Shown: positions 37,981 to 51,808 of the stretch, in pieces | Position numbering within the stretch: position 1 is the first letter of the stretch | Layout: each line of letters begins with the position of its first letter | Source of the DNA: Eledone cirrhosa | Taxonomy: Eukaryota | Direction of reading: 5' to 3' | Assembly (NCBI GenBank): GCA_964016885.1 | Contig: OZ024743.1 | Location: 328,166,001 to 328,230,000, forward strand | DNA: 64,000 bases | Notes under the pieces: model-generated | What the model was told of the DNA's origin: nothing | The model's input: only the letters and a program-made list of their open reading frames with translations | The model's database searches: none | Translations under genes and position numbers: made by a program

Positions 37981-40109
37981 AGGTGTTTACATTTGTTGCC
38001 ATATTAAAAAATTTGGCAGGATTAAACAAAACTTTATTGTTATCAAAACTATTGTCAGCAGTATCATTCACTAGAAATATGATAATGAAAGATTTGAAAA
38101 CCAGATGTTTAACTTATGTGACATTGCACTGTATATGTGTTTACTATACACAATACTTCAAACCTCTTATAAATGTTACATCCCACAGTATGTATATTTA
38201 GTACACCTATTACTTCAAACTCAATATATCATATATGTGACATTCCACAGTATAATATTTAGTATACACATTACTTGCACTGTTAATGCTCCAATCAGTC
38301 CACAGAGCACTTAGCAACCATCCTAAACTGAACACCAACTTACACTCGTGTCTCCTACTTAACCAACCTTCCCATACTTGATAAACCAGACTGCAACAGC
38401 CACCAAATGGGGAAGACAGATGTTATCAAGCTGCAGCTGTCATATTACGTAGTTTCTATATAATAAAGCTAGTATCTGCACCAACTATGTCCCCATTGCG
38501 TAAGAGGCCGTGCACTGTATGTATATTTAGTATATATAATACTTCTAACTCATTATATTATATACTGTCTCACTATATTATATACTGTCTCACTATATTA
38601 TATACTGTCTCACTATATTATATTGTGTATATATATTTAGTATATATAATATTTCCAACTCACTCTATTATATACTGTCTCACTATATTATATAGTGTAT
38701 ATATATTTAGTATATATAATACTTCCAACTCACTATATTATATACTGTCTCACTATAGTGTATATATATTTAGTGTACACAACACTTTCAATGTATTTTC
38801 CCTTAACTATGTAGTTGACATTTATGACACAGTGGCGTTTGAACTCAGAAGACAAGGAGCTGGAATAAGGCATTCTAACAATTCTGCCAATTCACCAGTT
38901 TATGTAAAACTTCCGCTCATTTATGGTGAGTTCCTTGTCTGATCCAACCCATATCATGGATAGTAAAAGGTGATGATGATGATTCAATTTCATTCTTGGT
39001 ACTGAATTCAAATAATGCCAGGGTACTTTTACCTTATATCCCTCCCAGGCCACTCGTCTGATTGGCACACTGATAGGCACACTTCGACCCTGGGGCCACA
39101 CATGTTTTGTCTCACCCCTCTCTGTTTTTTTTCCTACCCCTACTAACAATGGCTACTGTTCCATGGACTGGATGACCTCATGTCACCTCCACTCAGACAC
39201 TCTTGCCTCTCCCATCTCTCTGACTCTCATCACTCATATTGTGTCTCATATCCAGGCTTTGCTGTAACCACTATACCACTACAGTCTTCCCTCCCCAGAA
39301 TACTGGCTCCCTCAGAACATCTTTCCCTGCAAGAGTTGATCTGCAACAATTTAAACAGCATCTATCTGATCAGTGTTGTGTTGGAAGGAATGCAAGGGTC
39401 TAGGGCACTGCCCATTCCTCCATACCTAGCAATAACAAAGCAAATACAATATTATTACTAGAATTATGGCGGTGATTTGGCAGTATCGGTAGAGCGTCAG
39501 ACACCATGCTTTGCAGCATAGAGTTACGGCTCTTGGCGTTCTGAGTTCAAATCTCACCGAGGTTAACTTTGCCTTTCATCCTTACGGGGTTGATAAAATA
39601 AAGTACCAGTTATGCACTGGGGTTGATTTAATCAACTTTCCCCTTCCCAAAATTTTTGGCCTTGTGCCTAAATCAGAAATCATTATTACTAGAATTGCAG
39701 GTGTCTTCTTAGCTGAAGCAGGTTACTGTTGCAGAATTAACAATAAGTTATTCATATTGCTGCCATTCCTCTCATTCCTTTCTAAGTCTTCTTGCCACAT
39801 TCAATATATTTTACTTCACAGTATATATTCTAATACTGTGGCTTCATTGTTTAGCTGAGACAATCACTGTGTCAATAAAAACAGAATAATAGTAAAGAAT
39901 ATTTGAACTGTTAGAGTATATTTCTTTACAATAATTCTAACCATTGAAGCAGGCTCAGGCATGGCTGTTGGGTTTAAGAAGTTTACTTTGCAGCCGCAAT
40001 TGTTAGGGTTCAATCCCACTGCATGATATCATGGATAAGTGACATTTACCATAATCTTGTTGATTCATGCCTTGTGAGTGAATTTGGGTAAATGGAAACT
40101 GGACCACCA

Positions 40110-41270
40110 GATGGACTGTACCTGTAATTCAGTGGTCAAGTCATGTCACACACTGTCACTGGAAACTGTTGGAATGACTACAAGATGGACTGTACCTGTA
40201 ATTCTGTGGTCAAGTCATGTCACACACTGTCACTGGAAACTGTTGGAATGACTACAAGATGGACTGTACTTGTAATTCAGTGGTCAAGCCATGTCACACA
40301 CTGTCACTGGAAACTGTTGGAATGACTACAAGATGGACTGTACTTGTAATTCTGTGGTCAAGTCATGTCACACACTGTCATTGGAAACTGTTGGATTGAC
40401 TACAAGATGGACTGTACATGTAATTCAGTGGTCAAGTCATGTCACACACTGTCACTGGAAACTGTTGGAATGACTACAAGATGGACTGTACCTGTAATTC
40501 TGTGGTCAAGTCATGTCACACACTGTCACTGGAAACTGTTGGAATGACTACAAGATGGACTGTACATGTAATTCAGTGGTCAAGTCATGTCACACACTGT
40601 CACTGGAAACTGTTGGAATGACTACAAGATGGACTGTACTTGTAATTCTGTGGTCAAGTCATGTCACACACTGTCACTGGAAACTGTTGGAATGACTACA
40701 AGATGGACTGTACCTGTAATTCTGTGGTCAAGTCATATCACACACTGTCACTTGAAACTGTTGGAATGACTACAAGATGGACTGTACCTGTAATTCTGTG
40801 GTCAAGTCATGTCACACACTGTCACTGGAAACTGTTGGAATGACTACAAGATGGACTGTACCTGTAATTCTGTGGTCAAGTCATGTCACACACTGTCACT
40901 TGAAACTGTTGGAATGACTACAAGATGGACTGTACCTGTAATTCTGTGGTCAAGTCATGTCACACACTGTCACTGGAAACTGTTGGAATGACTACAAGAT
41001 GGACTGTACTTGTAATTCTGTGGTCAAGTCATGTCACACACTGTCACTGGAAACTGTTGGAATGACTACAAGATGGACTGTACTTGTAATTCAGTGGTCA
41101 AGCCATGTCACACACTGTCACTGGAAACTGTTGGAATGACTACAAGATGGACTGTACCTGTAATTCGGTGGTCAAGTCATGTCACACACTGTCACTGGAA
41201 ACTGTTGGAATGACTACAAGATGGACTGTACCTGTAATTCTGTGGTCAAGTCATGTCACACACTGTCACA
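40110..41270. repeat. 74-bp minisatellite, ~15.7 highly homogeneous units, inside a SINE
   Basis: ORF starts recur every 74 bp; unit gatggactgtacctgtaattctgtggtcaagtcatgtcacacactgtcactggaaactgttggaatgactacaa. Confidence 0.95.
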
Positions 41271-41523
41271 GTGAATCTATCTGAGAATTATATTCATAAT
41301 ATATGTATTTGTGGAATGTTTAGCCCCTTACAGTGTTGTCTGAGCAAAGACAATACTTTTACCTTTTGCAGCTTTTGTTCTAAAGAAACACTGCCTCTGT
41401 ATTTCATTTCATGTTTAAAATAATCAAAACTTTTGAAGGGTTTTTGTAAAATATTCATTTTTTTTTATCCTTTAGGATGATGTTTGGAATATAACTTTAA
41501 AATTTCTGAGATAAAATTATGAT

Positions 41524-41587
<64 letters not shown>

Positions 41588-44500
41588 GACACACACACAG
41601 ACACACACACTGTTAATTTAGATATGGACATTTGAAAAAAGGAATTTATCATCATCATCATCATCATCATAGTTTAATGTTTGCTTTCCCTACTGGTAAG
41701 GGTTGGATGGTTCTACAAAGACCAAGTCAGTACTGAAGTAGGGCTTCTGATCACCCAAACAGGCTGAAGGATCTGCATCTTATTTACGTACGGTCATATG
41801 TTCTATCAGGTGCACAGACGTTGTCAAGTCTTTTGTGATAATTCCAAGGTAGGTTGCTATTGAAAAGGTTAATATATGTCGACCTTGACAGAACTGAGAG
41901 TAACACATTTTTGTTCCAGAAAATTGTGTATATAGTAAGCAGTGAAGGTCAGATAAGGTTGCTTGGAGAATTGTTAGATGATGATGATGATGATGATAGC
42001 AGTGGAAGGAAAAGTTTATGTTGGGTTTATAAGGAGATGTAATAATGAAATTGATAATGACTGATAGGGGAGAGTTATATATAGAGAGGTGGAGGGGGGG
42101 GGGGAGTTATATATATATATGGACGTGGTGGTGGAGTGAGAGTTATATAGAATAGAGGTGAATTCCAGCATTTTATAGAAACACATAAACACATACATAC
42201 ATATATATGTATGTATGTATTTAAGTTAAGGTACTGGGTTTGGAAACAGTCCAAACCCTGCCATAAACCATTCATTTATTTACCTCAGTTCAACTAGCTG
42301 GCATGGCTGAGTGGTTAATGAGTTTGGTTTGCAACCATGAGATTCTGGATTTTAGTCAAGTCACTCATACTGCATGACACCTTGGACAAATATCTTTTCG
42401 CATAGCCTCAGGTTGACAAATGTCTTCTGAATGGAATTTTGTAGATGGTCACTGCAGAATCCAGTCATGTATGTGTGTGTGTATGTATATATATATGCAC
42501 ACACACACGCACATATATATATCATCATCATCATCACTGTTTAATGTCCATTTTTCCACGCTAGCATGGGTTAGATGAGTTGTCCCATCGCAATAAAAGC
42601 CAGGTCAGATGACCATGTCTTGCTCATACAAGACTTTTGGCTTTCTTTCTACAACTGGATGCCCTTCCTAGCGCCAACCACATTTACAGTGTACTGGGTG
42701 CATATCATCATCATCGTTTAACGTCCATTTTCCACGCTAGCATGGGTTAAATGGGTTGTCCCATTAGAAGCAAGTCGTGTCAGGTGACCGTGTCTTGTTC
42801 ATATAGTACTGTTGATCTAAGCCTTGTAAGTGAAATTGGATAGATGGAAAATGTTTGGAAGTTGGTCAAATGGACTGTACTTGTTATCTGAATCTCCATA
42901 TGTCTGTAATGCCTAGCCACTTACACATTAATGTCATGAGCAAACTGCTCTATTGATTGGACACTTTGACACTGACTGGGGTCCATTCCATTGTTCTCTT
43001 TGAATTCTATACACAAACAACTGTTTCAAAACTGGTTACTTGTCATTGTCACTGTCTTGTAACATTTCTTTGTCATTGTCTCATCATCAGCATCATACGT
43101 CCACTTTTCACACTTTCATGGGGTAGATGGGTTGTCACGTTATGGTTGTCTTTGTTTCTGTGACTGGATGTCTTTCCTAATGCCAACAATGTTACAGGCT
43201 GCTTTTTATTGTAGCACCAAAATGACCATCTTACAGGGTGACTGGATGCTTTTTCTTTGTGTTACCATTGCGACCATCTTATAAGGTGGACTGGGTGCTT
43301 TTTTTGTCATATTATCGCCATGTGGAATGGGTGCCTCTTGTTGTGTCACCAGCATGAATCCGTTATATGGTGGGTTGGGTGCTGCTTCTTGTCAGGTTAC
43401 CAGCACAACCACCTTACAGGGTATACTGAGTACTTTTGTTGTTGCAGCACCTGACTCCATTACCATACAGGGTTGACTAAGTGCTTTTTGTCATGGTAGC
43501 AGCATTGTGGGAGAACAGATGTGGACCGTATGCAGTTTTTCATGCTTGTACAGGAGAGATATATCATGAATGTGGTTGAGAGGGAACAAGTATGCTAGTA
43601 GATGAGGTGAGTGGGATACTTAGCTGGTGAGGATGGGGATATGTTATGACTGAAGAGGGTGTATGGAGGAGAGGTAGGGAGAACATTGGTGCAGACTAGT
43701 GTCTTCTACATGCTTGTTTCATCCTGTGCACCTGGGAAGGTGGGTCTTCTGCAGTACAGCATAACACCAGAGATCTTCATCCTGTGTTATCTCTGTTATC
43801 TCCTTTGAGAGGTTTGTGCAACATCAGCTTTTATCACTTAGGTTTTCCTGGGTATCTCTTTGTAATATTTCTTTGTCAGTGTCTCTTTGTAAGGTTTAAA
43901 GTTAAGCCTTTTTGATACCAAAGCAGTTCTTGCTTCTATGATACTTGAATACTGAGACACTTGTCCTCTCAAGGAAGCCTGTGTAGTGGTCTCTACATGT
44001 TAATGGAGTTCCACTGAATAAGGTGCAGAAGTTCAAGTATCTTGGGGCCGTGTTCATGAGTGATGGAAGGCTGGAAGCTGAATTAAGTGCAAGAATTGCA
44101 GGAGTTGGTGCAGTAATGTGCTAGCTTCAGCATTCAGTAATCAGAAGAAAGGAGGTAGGTGTAAAAGCCAAACTCTCTATCTTCAATTCAGTATTTGGTC
44201 ATGAATCTTGGGTAATGACCAAATGAATACAGTTGCGAATGCAAGTGGCTGAAATAGGGTCCCTCCATTGCTTGGACAAAACACAATTTGCTCATCTATG
44301 CTTATGCACTGTAAGGTACGCTGAGGGCAATTTATTAAGGCACTTGGACCTAGAGATGTTCTTGTGCTCTTGACACAACTCAAGAGTCCTCTCAACCCTT
44401 TTTAGCATGGTTTCTATGGACGGATGCATTCCCTATCACTAACCACTTTACAGAGTGTACTGAGTGTATTTTATCATGGCGCCAACATTATAGAGTTTGT

Positions 44501-44837
44501 CATGCTCTTGTCACAAATGAAGAATTCTTTCAATACTTTCTTTGGCATTCAAATATTAAATAGAGTAAAGGGTCAAAGGAATGCTTTAGGTTGTTGTTGT
44601 TGCTGTTGCTGTTCATACCTTGGTAGGTTAAGATGGCCTCGAATTAAGTTGTATCTCATAGGGGACTTCTTCAGCGTTTTAATAATAGGTGCCCAAATCC
44701 TATCATGTTCCCATTTTATGATGGTGTCACTGCAGGATTTGAACTCAGAACACAAAAAACCTCACCTGATACAGCAAGGCATGACCACCACTCTAACCAT
44801 TCCACTAATTCACTATCCTGGACTACTATTATATTTA

Positions 44838-45019
44838 CTAGATGACGGTGCTGCATTCTACCTATTTCTGTAACTCATACACTTTCTCTCTCTAAACAAA
44901 TGATGTTCCTTTTCCCTTTTCTATCTCTATGTACATATCTTTCGCTTGGTGCTCCCCCTCTCTATATAAAGTGAGCAGGACGGACAGACAGATAGTCAGC
45001 ACTTTTATTATAATATAGA
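44838..45019 (-). mobile_element. short non-autonomous Helitron
   Basis: minus strand A|TCTATATTATAATAAAAG ... CTAG|T, no TSD. Confidence 0.5.
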
Positions 45020-47516
45020 TTAACACCAATAAGACAAAAGGCAAAGTTGACCTCAGCAGGATTTGAACTGAGAGCTGGCACAAATACCGTAAGGCATTTG
45101 AAGGGTCTTTGGAGTAACGTTACTCGATAGAGTGCGTAGCTCGGTGGTCAGAGAGTCACGCCAGGTAGAGCTGCTACTTCTCTGAATTGAGAGATCACAG
45201 CTCCGATACTATGGGAAAGGGGTTAGAATGTTTCAGGAAAAAATCACTGGACAGATTTTACAGGCAAAACCAACCGATAGGAGACCCTGAGGTAGACCCC
45301 GAGCAAGATGGTTAGATAACATCCATGAGTTTGGCTGGTCTCGCTTGGGGATCCAGCCGGATCAGTTGGAGACAGTTGTTTCTGACAGGACCCGTCGGAA
45401 GGAGTGTTTGAGGATTCTGCCACTATGGCCCTCTCAGGAATAATTTGGGCGAAGAAGAAGAGGAGCTCTAATGACTCTGCTAATTTGACTTTTATAATGG
45501 TTTATGTGGAGGATTAAAACTTTATTTTAATCTTTAGTTGTTATTATGTTGAATCCATTTATTGAAAATGAAATTTGTGCCAGAGATGAGAGGATAACTG
45601 ATATCAGATGTTTGTGTTCTGTATGATAAGTCTTCTCCAAGAAATCTTAGAAATGACTTATTGACAGAACTGTGTAACACTAGTGAGAATGGTAAAACTG
45701 TTGGATTGAAATATGAGAGAGAGAAAGAGAGAGAGGGTAGATAAAGCTAGAGTGAAAGAGAGTGAGAGGGGAGACATAAAGATAGGGAGAGAGAGAGAGG
45801 TAGATAGAGTGAAAGAGAGTGGGAGGGGGAGAGATAAAGATAGGGATAGGCAGCTAGATAGGGAGTAAAAGGGGGAAAGATAAAGATAGGGATAGAGAGT
45901 GAAAGAGAGAAAAGAGAGATTTTCAATTCAAAGTTCTATTGACATCTTATTTTCATAAAGAAAAAAAAAATCGATGTTTTCAATTTAAACTCTTTGACAT
46001 CTTATTTCTATAACTTCATCATTATCTTCTAATTTTAATTGAACTTTGTTACCATATTTCTATGGAAACACACTGTGTATGGCGGTAGACTTTATCTGTT
46101 GCCTTGTTTAACACCACTACCTGGTCCTATCATGAAAAGCCTCACCCAACATTGGACTGGAAACAAGTCAGATGTAGGGATGGGGGTTAACTTCCAGTTG
46201 TTGCTGGTACTAATTTTTTTCAGCTGAGTCAACTGGAACACTGTGAAATGAAGTAACTTGCTCAAGGACACAATACACTGTCTGATCTGGGAATCAAACC
46301 TATAACCTTATGATCCTGAGTTAAACATTTTAACCACTATGCCATGTACCTTCATATTCAGCAGTAAATATATAATACTAAGGATTTTAGATTAATTTTC
46401 TGTATTTGCTTTCTTTTCTATATTATTTAGTGTTGCTGCAGCATGGACAAATGGTTCAATTCACACTCATTATCTCATGGGTTCAATCCCACTGTATGGC
46501 ATCTTAAAAAGATGTCATTTTCCGTAGCCTTTGGTTGACCCCCGCCTTGTAAAAGAAATTTAGTAGACTGAAACTGTTTGGAAGCCCGTCAAAGGGTCTG
46601 TATCTGTAATTTCAAAAGGCCAGCCTTGTCACATGCTGTGTCATGCTGAATATCCTTGGGAATTACATTAAAGGAACACATGTCTCTGGAATGCTCAGTC
46701 ACTTAGATGTTTATTTCATGAGCAGGCTGTTCTGTTTACTGAACAACTGGAAGACTCACCAATGAAACCTGGGGAGGTTTATTCTGTATCAGTTCACGAG
46801 AAGGAGCAGTGGGGGTCCTCATGACTTGTTATCTGTTGGGAGAAAGTTATGCACAGATTTCATATTTGACCTGAATGCTTGTAACAAAATCATCAACTTG
46901 GAGCACCCAGTCCACACTGTAAAGTTGTTGTGTAGGGTCACGACAAAATGCACCCATTCCACACTCGATTATTTATTAAACGAAAACTTCCCAGGTGGAT
47001 ATTGAAACTATTTTTTCCCATCTTCCTGTCTCTATCTGAATGTCTGTCTATGTGGCTCTGTTTGTCTATTTGTCTGTCTAGCTGTGTGTCATTCACTTTA
47101 TCATCACTGTTCTATTCATATAAATATGTCAACACATTCCTATCATCTCTCTTTCTGAGGCTATCTATCAGAATCAGTTTCACAAACTATTTTTCTGCTG
47201 TTGTTTTGTATTAAGTTACAACTAAGTTACATAGATAAATATAGTGCCAACTGCAAGACTTCATCTCACAGGTGATATGTATATGGGTACAGGTATAGCT
47301 GTGTGGTTAAGAACTTTGCTTTGCAACCATGTCGTTTCAGGTTCAATATCTCTGTGTGTCATTTGGGGAAAATATTTTCTACTATAGCTTCAAGCCAATC
47401 AAAAGATTCACACACTTATTGCAGCAGTCCTACCTTCCCTGTAAAGGTAACAGCTCTAGCCTTTCACAATACCCTTAGAGCCAGGATCAACGCCTCTTTG
47501 TGTATATATATATATA

Positions 47517-47920
47517 CGAGGTGTGTCAGAAAAGTTCCAGGACTGATGTCACAAAAGATTTATTTCAAACCCAAACTTCACACCAAGAGTTTTCTCCTTC
47601 AAAGTAATCCCCTCATCACCGGTGATGACTGTCCCTAGCAAGTCTGGTTCGGTTTCAAGACGTTCGAGGATGTCCTGGCACACTTGCATGCGTCGACCCT
47701 TCTGGTCATCATTCAACAGTTTTGGCACCATCTTCGCGCAGACTTTCCACATGTCCAAAAAGTTTCCACATGTCAAAAAAGTTTGATCGCTGCAGAGAGC
47801 TAAGATTACAGTTACATACTCCAGGGGGATTACTGTGAAGGAGAAAACTCTTAGTGTGAAGTTTGGGTTTGAAATAAATCTTTTGTGACATCAATCCAGG
47901 AACTTTTCTGACACACCTCG
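47517..47920 (-). mobile_element. internally deleted mariner element with ~95-bp inverted ends and TA TSD
   Basis: ta|cgaggtgtgtcagaaaagttcc...ggaacttttctgacacacctcg|ta; transposase piece KVCAKMVPKLL...VITGDE (WVPxxL and first catalytic D). Confidence 0.88.
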
Positions 47921-48084
47921 TATATATACACACATACACACACAGGGTGGCCCAAAGGTCACTTGACAATATATTGTTTATAAAAGTATAATTGTGAATA
48001 ATAATAATAATAATATAATGAACAAAAGGATTATTACATTTTGAAATGGTCTAGTGACTTTTCAGTCATCACACATATATATAT

Positions 48085-48475
48085 ATATATATAGATATAT
48101 GACACAGGACCGTGACCTCTGGCGTCACAGAGTAATACAGAAAAGCCGGCTTCCCACGGGAACAAGCTGAAGCCGAAGTATATAGGCAATATGCTCCCAT
48201 CCCCTCCCACTGCAAAGTGGTCATGGAGGTGTCACGACAAAAAGGCATCCAGTCCACACTGTAAAGTGGACGTATAGGCGCCACGGAAAAAAGCTCCCAG
48301 CACTCACTGTAAATGAGGTTGGTGTTAGGAAGGGCATCGAGCTGTAGACATCAAACCAAAATCAGTTCCATAAGAGCAAGACAAGGTCAGCTGACCTAAC
48401 ATTGCCCACAATAGGACAACCCATCAAACCCATGCTAGCGTGGAAGAATCGACGTAAAACGGTGATGATGATGAT
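48085..48475 (+). mobile_element. RTE LINE 3' end
   Basis: reverse-complement match to 32580-32970; (TGA)n tail. Confidence 0.8.
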
Positions 48476-49380
48476 ATAATATGTCATTATAGTGTAGTAC
48501 TTCACTATTTTCTTTGGTAAGATGAGAGAAGCTCAATGCACATGATAGTCCTCAGTTGATCATCATCATCACCGTTTAATGTCCATCTTCCATGCTAGCA
48601 TGAGATACACAAGCTGTCCCACTGTTACCAGCCAGATTGGGCTGGATGCTTTTTGTCATGACACCTACAGACCAGAGATGAGGAACCTGCAGCCATATAT
48701 GCCAATCTGTGTCACCTTTTGAAAGAATATAAAAATTCCAGCAAATTAACAAATTTTACAAATGTTTTTGTTTATCTCATATTATTCGGTAGAGGGTCGG
48801 ACACCATGCTTTGATGCATAGAGTTAGGTCCCTTTATGATCTGAGTTCAAATCCCACCGAGGTTAACTTTGCCTTTCATCCTTACGGGGTCGATAAAATA
48901 AAGTACCAGTAATACACTGGATAATTGCTGGCCTTGTGCCAAAAGTAGAAACAATTGTTTTAATTTAAACCATAAGATGAACATATTTTAAATACCAAAG
49001 AGTAAAACAAAATGCAAAGAAATAATCCACACTTACAGACAGTCAGAATTAAAAAGAGTTGATCATAAGAGCTATTTCAGTACTTTCTACACTCATGTTA
49101 TAGTTCTAATACAATTCTAGAATGTACATTAAATTCCCCCTTGACTGGAGCCACTATCGCCTGAGGCTGGTTGGTGAGAACCTGTGGGATTTAGTACATC
49201 AGTGGTTATCAAAATTTGACAATTATGTATGTAGATTTCCATTGACCATATATTCGTATTTGTTTTATTTATTGTCTGTTGTAACGCAGGAGCAAGCTAA
49301 AAACTGGCAGGGGTTTTTAATTTTTTTAAATATAATCATAGTTTCTTGAATGTGGCCTTATTATATTACAAGTAACTTAA

Positions 49381-49599
49381 CCCTTTAGCATTTACATTAC
49401 TCTATATTTACTAATATATTTTCATGGTAAAGGCTTTATCTCACATAATTCCCACATAATATCAAATCTATGAGATTTTGATATTATTTATTTTGAGAAC
49501 AATACCTTAACATAAGTATCAGTGGCTGGTTACAGCTGGTTTGAACAGAAAGAAGTGAGAGAATTGTGGCCGGATACGGTCGGTTTAAATTTTAAAGGG
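49381..49599. mobile_element. piggyBac-type MITE
   Basis: TTAA|CCCTTTA...TAAAGGG|TTAA. Confidence 0.65.
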
Positions 49600-50389
49600 T
49601 TAATGTGGCCTTTCAACATGAAAAGACCCCCCCCCCCCCCTCCACCTCTGTCCCAGACCATCTGATTCAGCTTAGACATAACTGCTGCTGCCTTGGCAAT
49701 CCTGCTGTTCAACTCTGCATCAATGGAGAGTGGGCAGGAGACAGTTGATCCAAGGTATGTGAAGTTTTTAACAACTTCCACCTTACGTCCATCAACAGGA
49801 ACAGGTATGCCCTGTGTAATGACATTTGTTTTTCAACATTACTACTATCACCACCACCTCCACCACTACTACTATTGTCTACAATAGATCTACCCTCATT
49901 AGAAAATTAAATAACCATGGTGTCATTGAGTGTAACTGGTGTCATGTTACCTATCACCTCCCCTCCTACCCACACTGTTGGCTGTAGAGCTGATGTATTG
50001 ATTACATACACACATACACACACACGTATACATATACACATATATATATGCATTTACAGATACACTTTCATATATACATACACACACATATAGATACACA
50101 CACATATGCACACATATAGATACACACATATATGAATATATGTACACGCATATACAGATACACACACACACATTCTGTGATTGTTTCACTATCTCCTTTT
50201 ATTTTCTTATCACTGATACACATACACTTTCCTTCTCTCCCTCTCCCTCTTTCTCTCTTTGTCTGTCTGTCTCTCTCTCTCCCCTCTCTCTCTCTCTCTC
50301 TATTTCCCTTTCCCACTCTCTCTCTCTCTCTCTATTTCCCTTTCCCACTCTCTCTATCTATCCACTGCCACCATGAGAATGGTCATCAC

Positions 50390-50545
50390 TACTATGCCGC
50401 CACCACCACCACCACCACCACCACCACCTATAACACCATCACCTACACCACCACCACCATCACCACCACTACCACCACCACCACTACCACCACCACCACC
50501 ACCACTACCACCACCGCCACCACTACCACCACCACCATCATCATT
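50390..50545. repeat. (CAC)n microsatellite
   Basis: direct reading. Confidence 0.95.
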
Positions 50546-51808
50546 TAACATACTGAACCTCACAGAAGAAATGACTAAAGAGCATAATGAGTGGAGCAGG
50601 CTGCACTGGTGAGGACTTTGCCAACCCATGCTAGTGTGGGAAAGTAAAATGACGATGATGATATATAGCCACTCCTCACTAAATGACTACCTGGTTTAAC
50701 AAACACGTGTACTTACCACCATTATCATATAGTTGGCAACAGACACCATTTTGTTGGCATATTCTTGGAGAGAGATTATATTTCATTTGAATTAATGGCG
50801 GCTGAAAGTTTTTCTGTGAAAGCCAGTTCAATTTTTAGTTTGACATTTTTCACAAACTTATTTATTCATCAGTGGCCCAGTGTCGTCAATAATATTGGCA
50901 ATAGTGTTAAACATGTTTAATTTGGTGGGTTCAGGATTGGTGTGTCATATATACCAGGATTACAAAATATATGAACAATCACACAAACTAGGAAATTTGT
51001 GCTTTGTTATGTTTTGCAGAAGAGAAACCCTATAGTTTATATTGATTTTTGGCACGTGGAAGTGATTAAAGATATAATTAATATTTTTATCATTTATTTC
51101 CGAGACATATATGAGTAACTTCAGATTAATAACTCTTTACAAATGTAGATTTAGAACCCAGAACTTCTTATTGAAGCAACATGACAGATAGGAAATGCAG
51201 TGTATGTGTAAATTAATAACTTTTTCCAGGGACAATGTAGAGTTAGAACCCAGGACCTTGTGACTGGAAAGTTAACTTTTTATTGTAGTAACATGACTGA
51301 GAGAGGAAATGCAGTGTATGTATGAATTTTAGAGAGGTATAGACAAATAAATATATAAATAAACATACTAAGACACATTTTATATTATTATGGTTGATTC
51401 ATTCATTTTGGTAATTGACACTGAGTATTATCAATGTTATATATATATATAACAATTACATTATTGAATGAGGAATTGTAACTACTTAAAAATACACACA
51501 AAAAAAGCTATATTTGTTTCATTTCTATTTCATATTGTATAGTTATGTCTGCTATACTGTGTCAAAATATTGTACACACCTAAAAACACACAAAAAAGCT
51601 ATTTTTGTTTTGTATAATTATGTCCACTATAGTGTGTCAAAAGATTTTGCCACAGTTCAGTTCTTTGACTAGGTTATTGACACAGCTCCAAAGAAGTATG
51701 ACTAAACTTTACAACTCTTTATGGCATAAGATACATCCACTTTTCCACCTATCTATCTATTTATCTATCTGTCTGTCTGTCTGTTTACCTATCTATCTGT
51801 CTGTCTGT

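Noticed and set aside
40110-41270. CRISPR-like array or repeated peptide genes
   Set aside because: Head-to-tail near-identical units with no unique spacers, in a eukaryotic SINE context; the ORFs are a by-product of the 74-bp period
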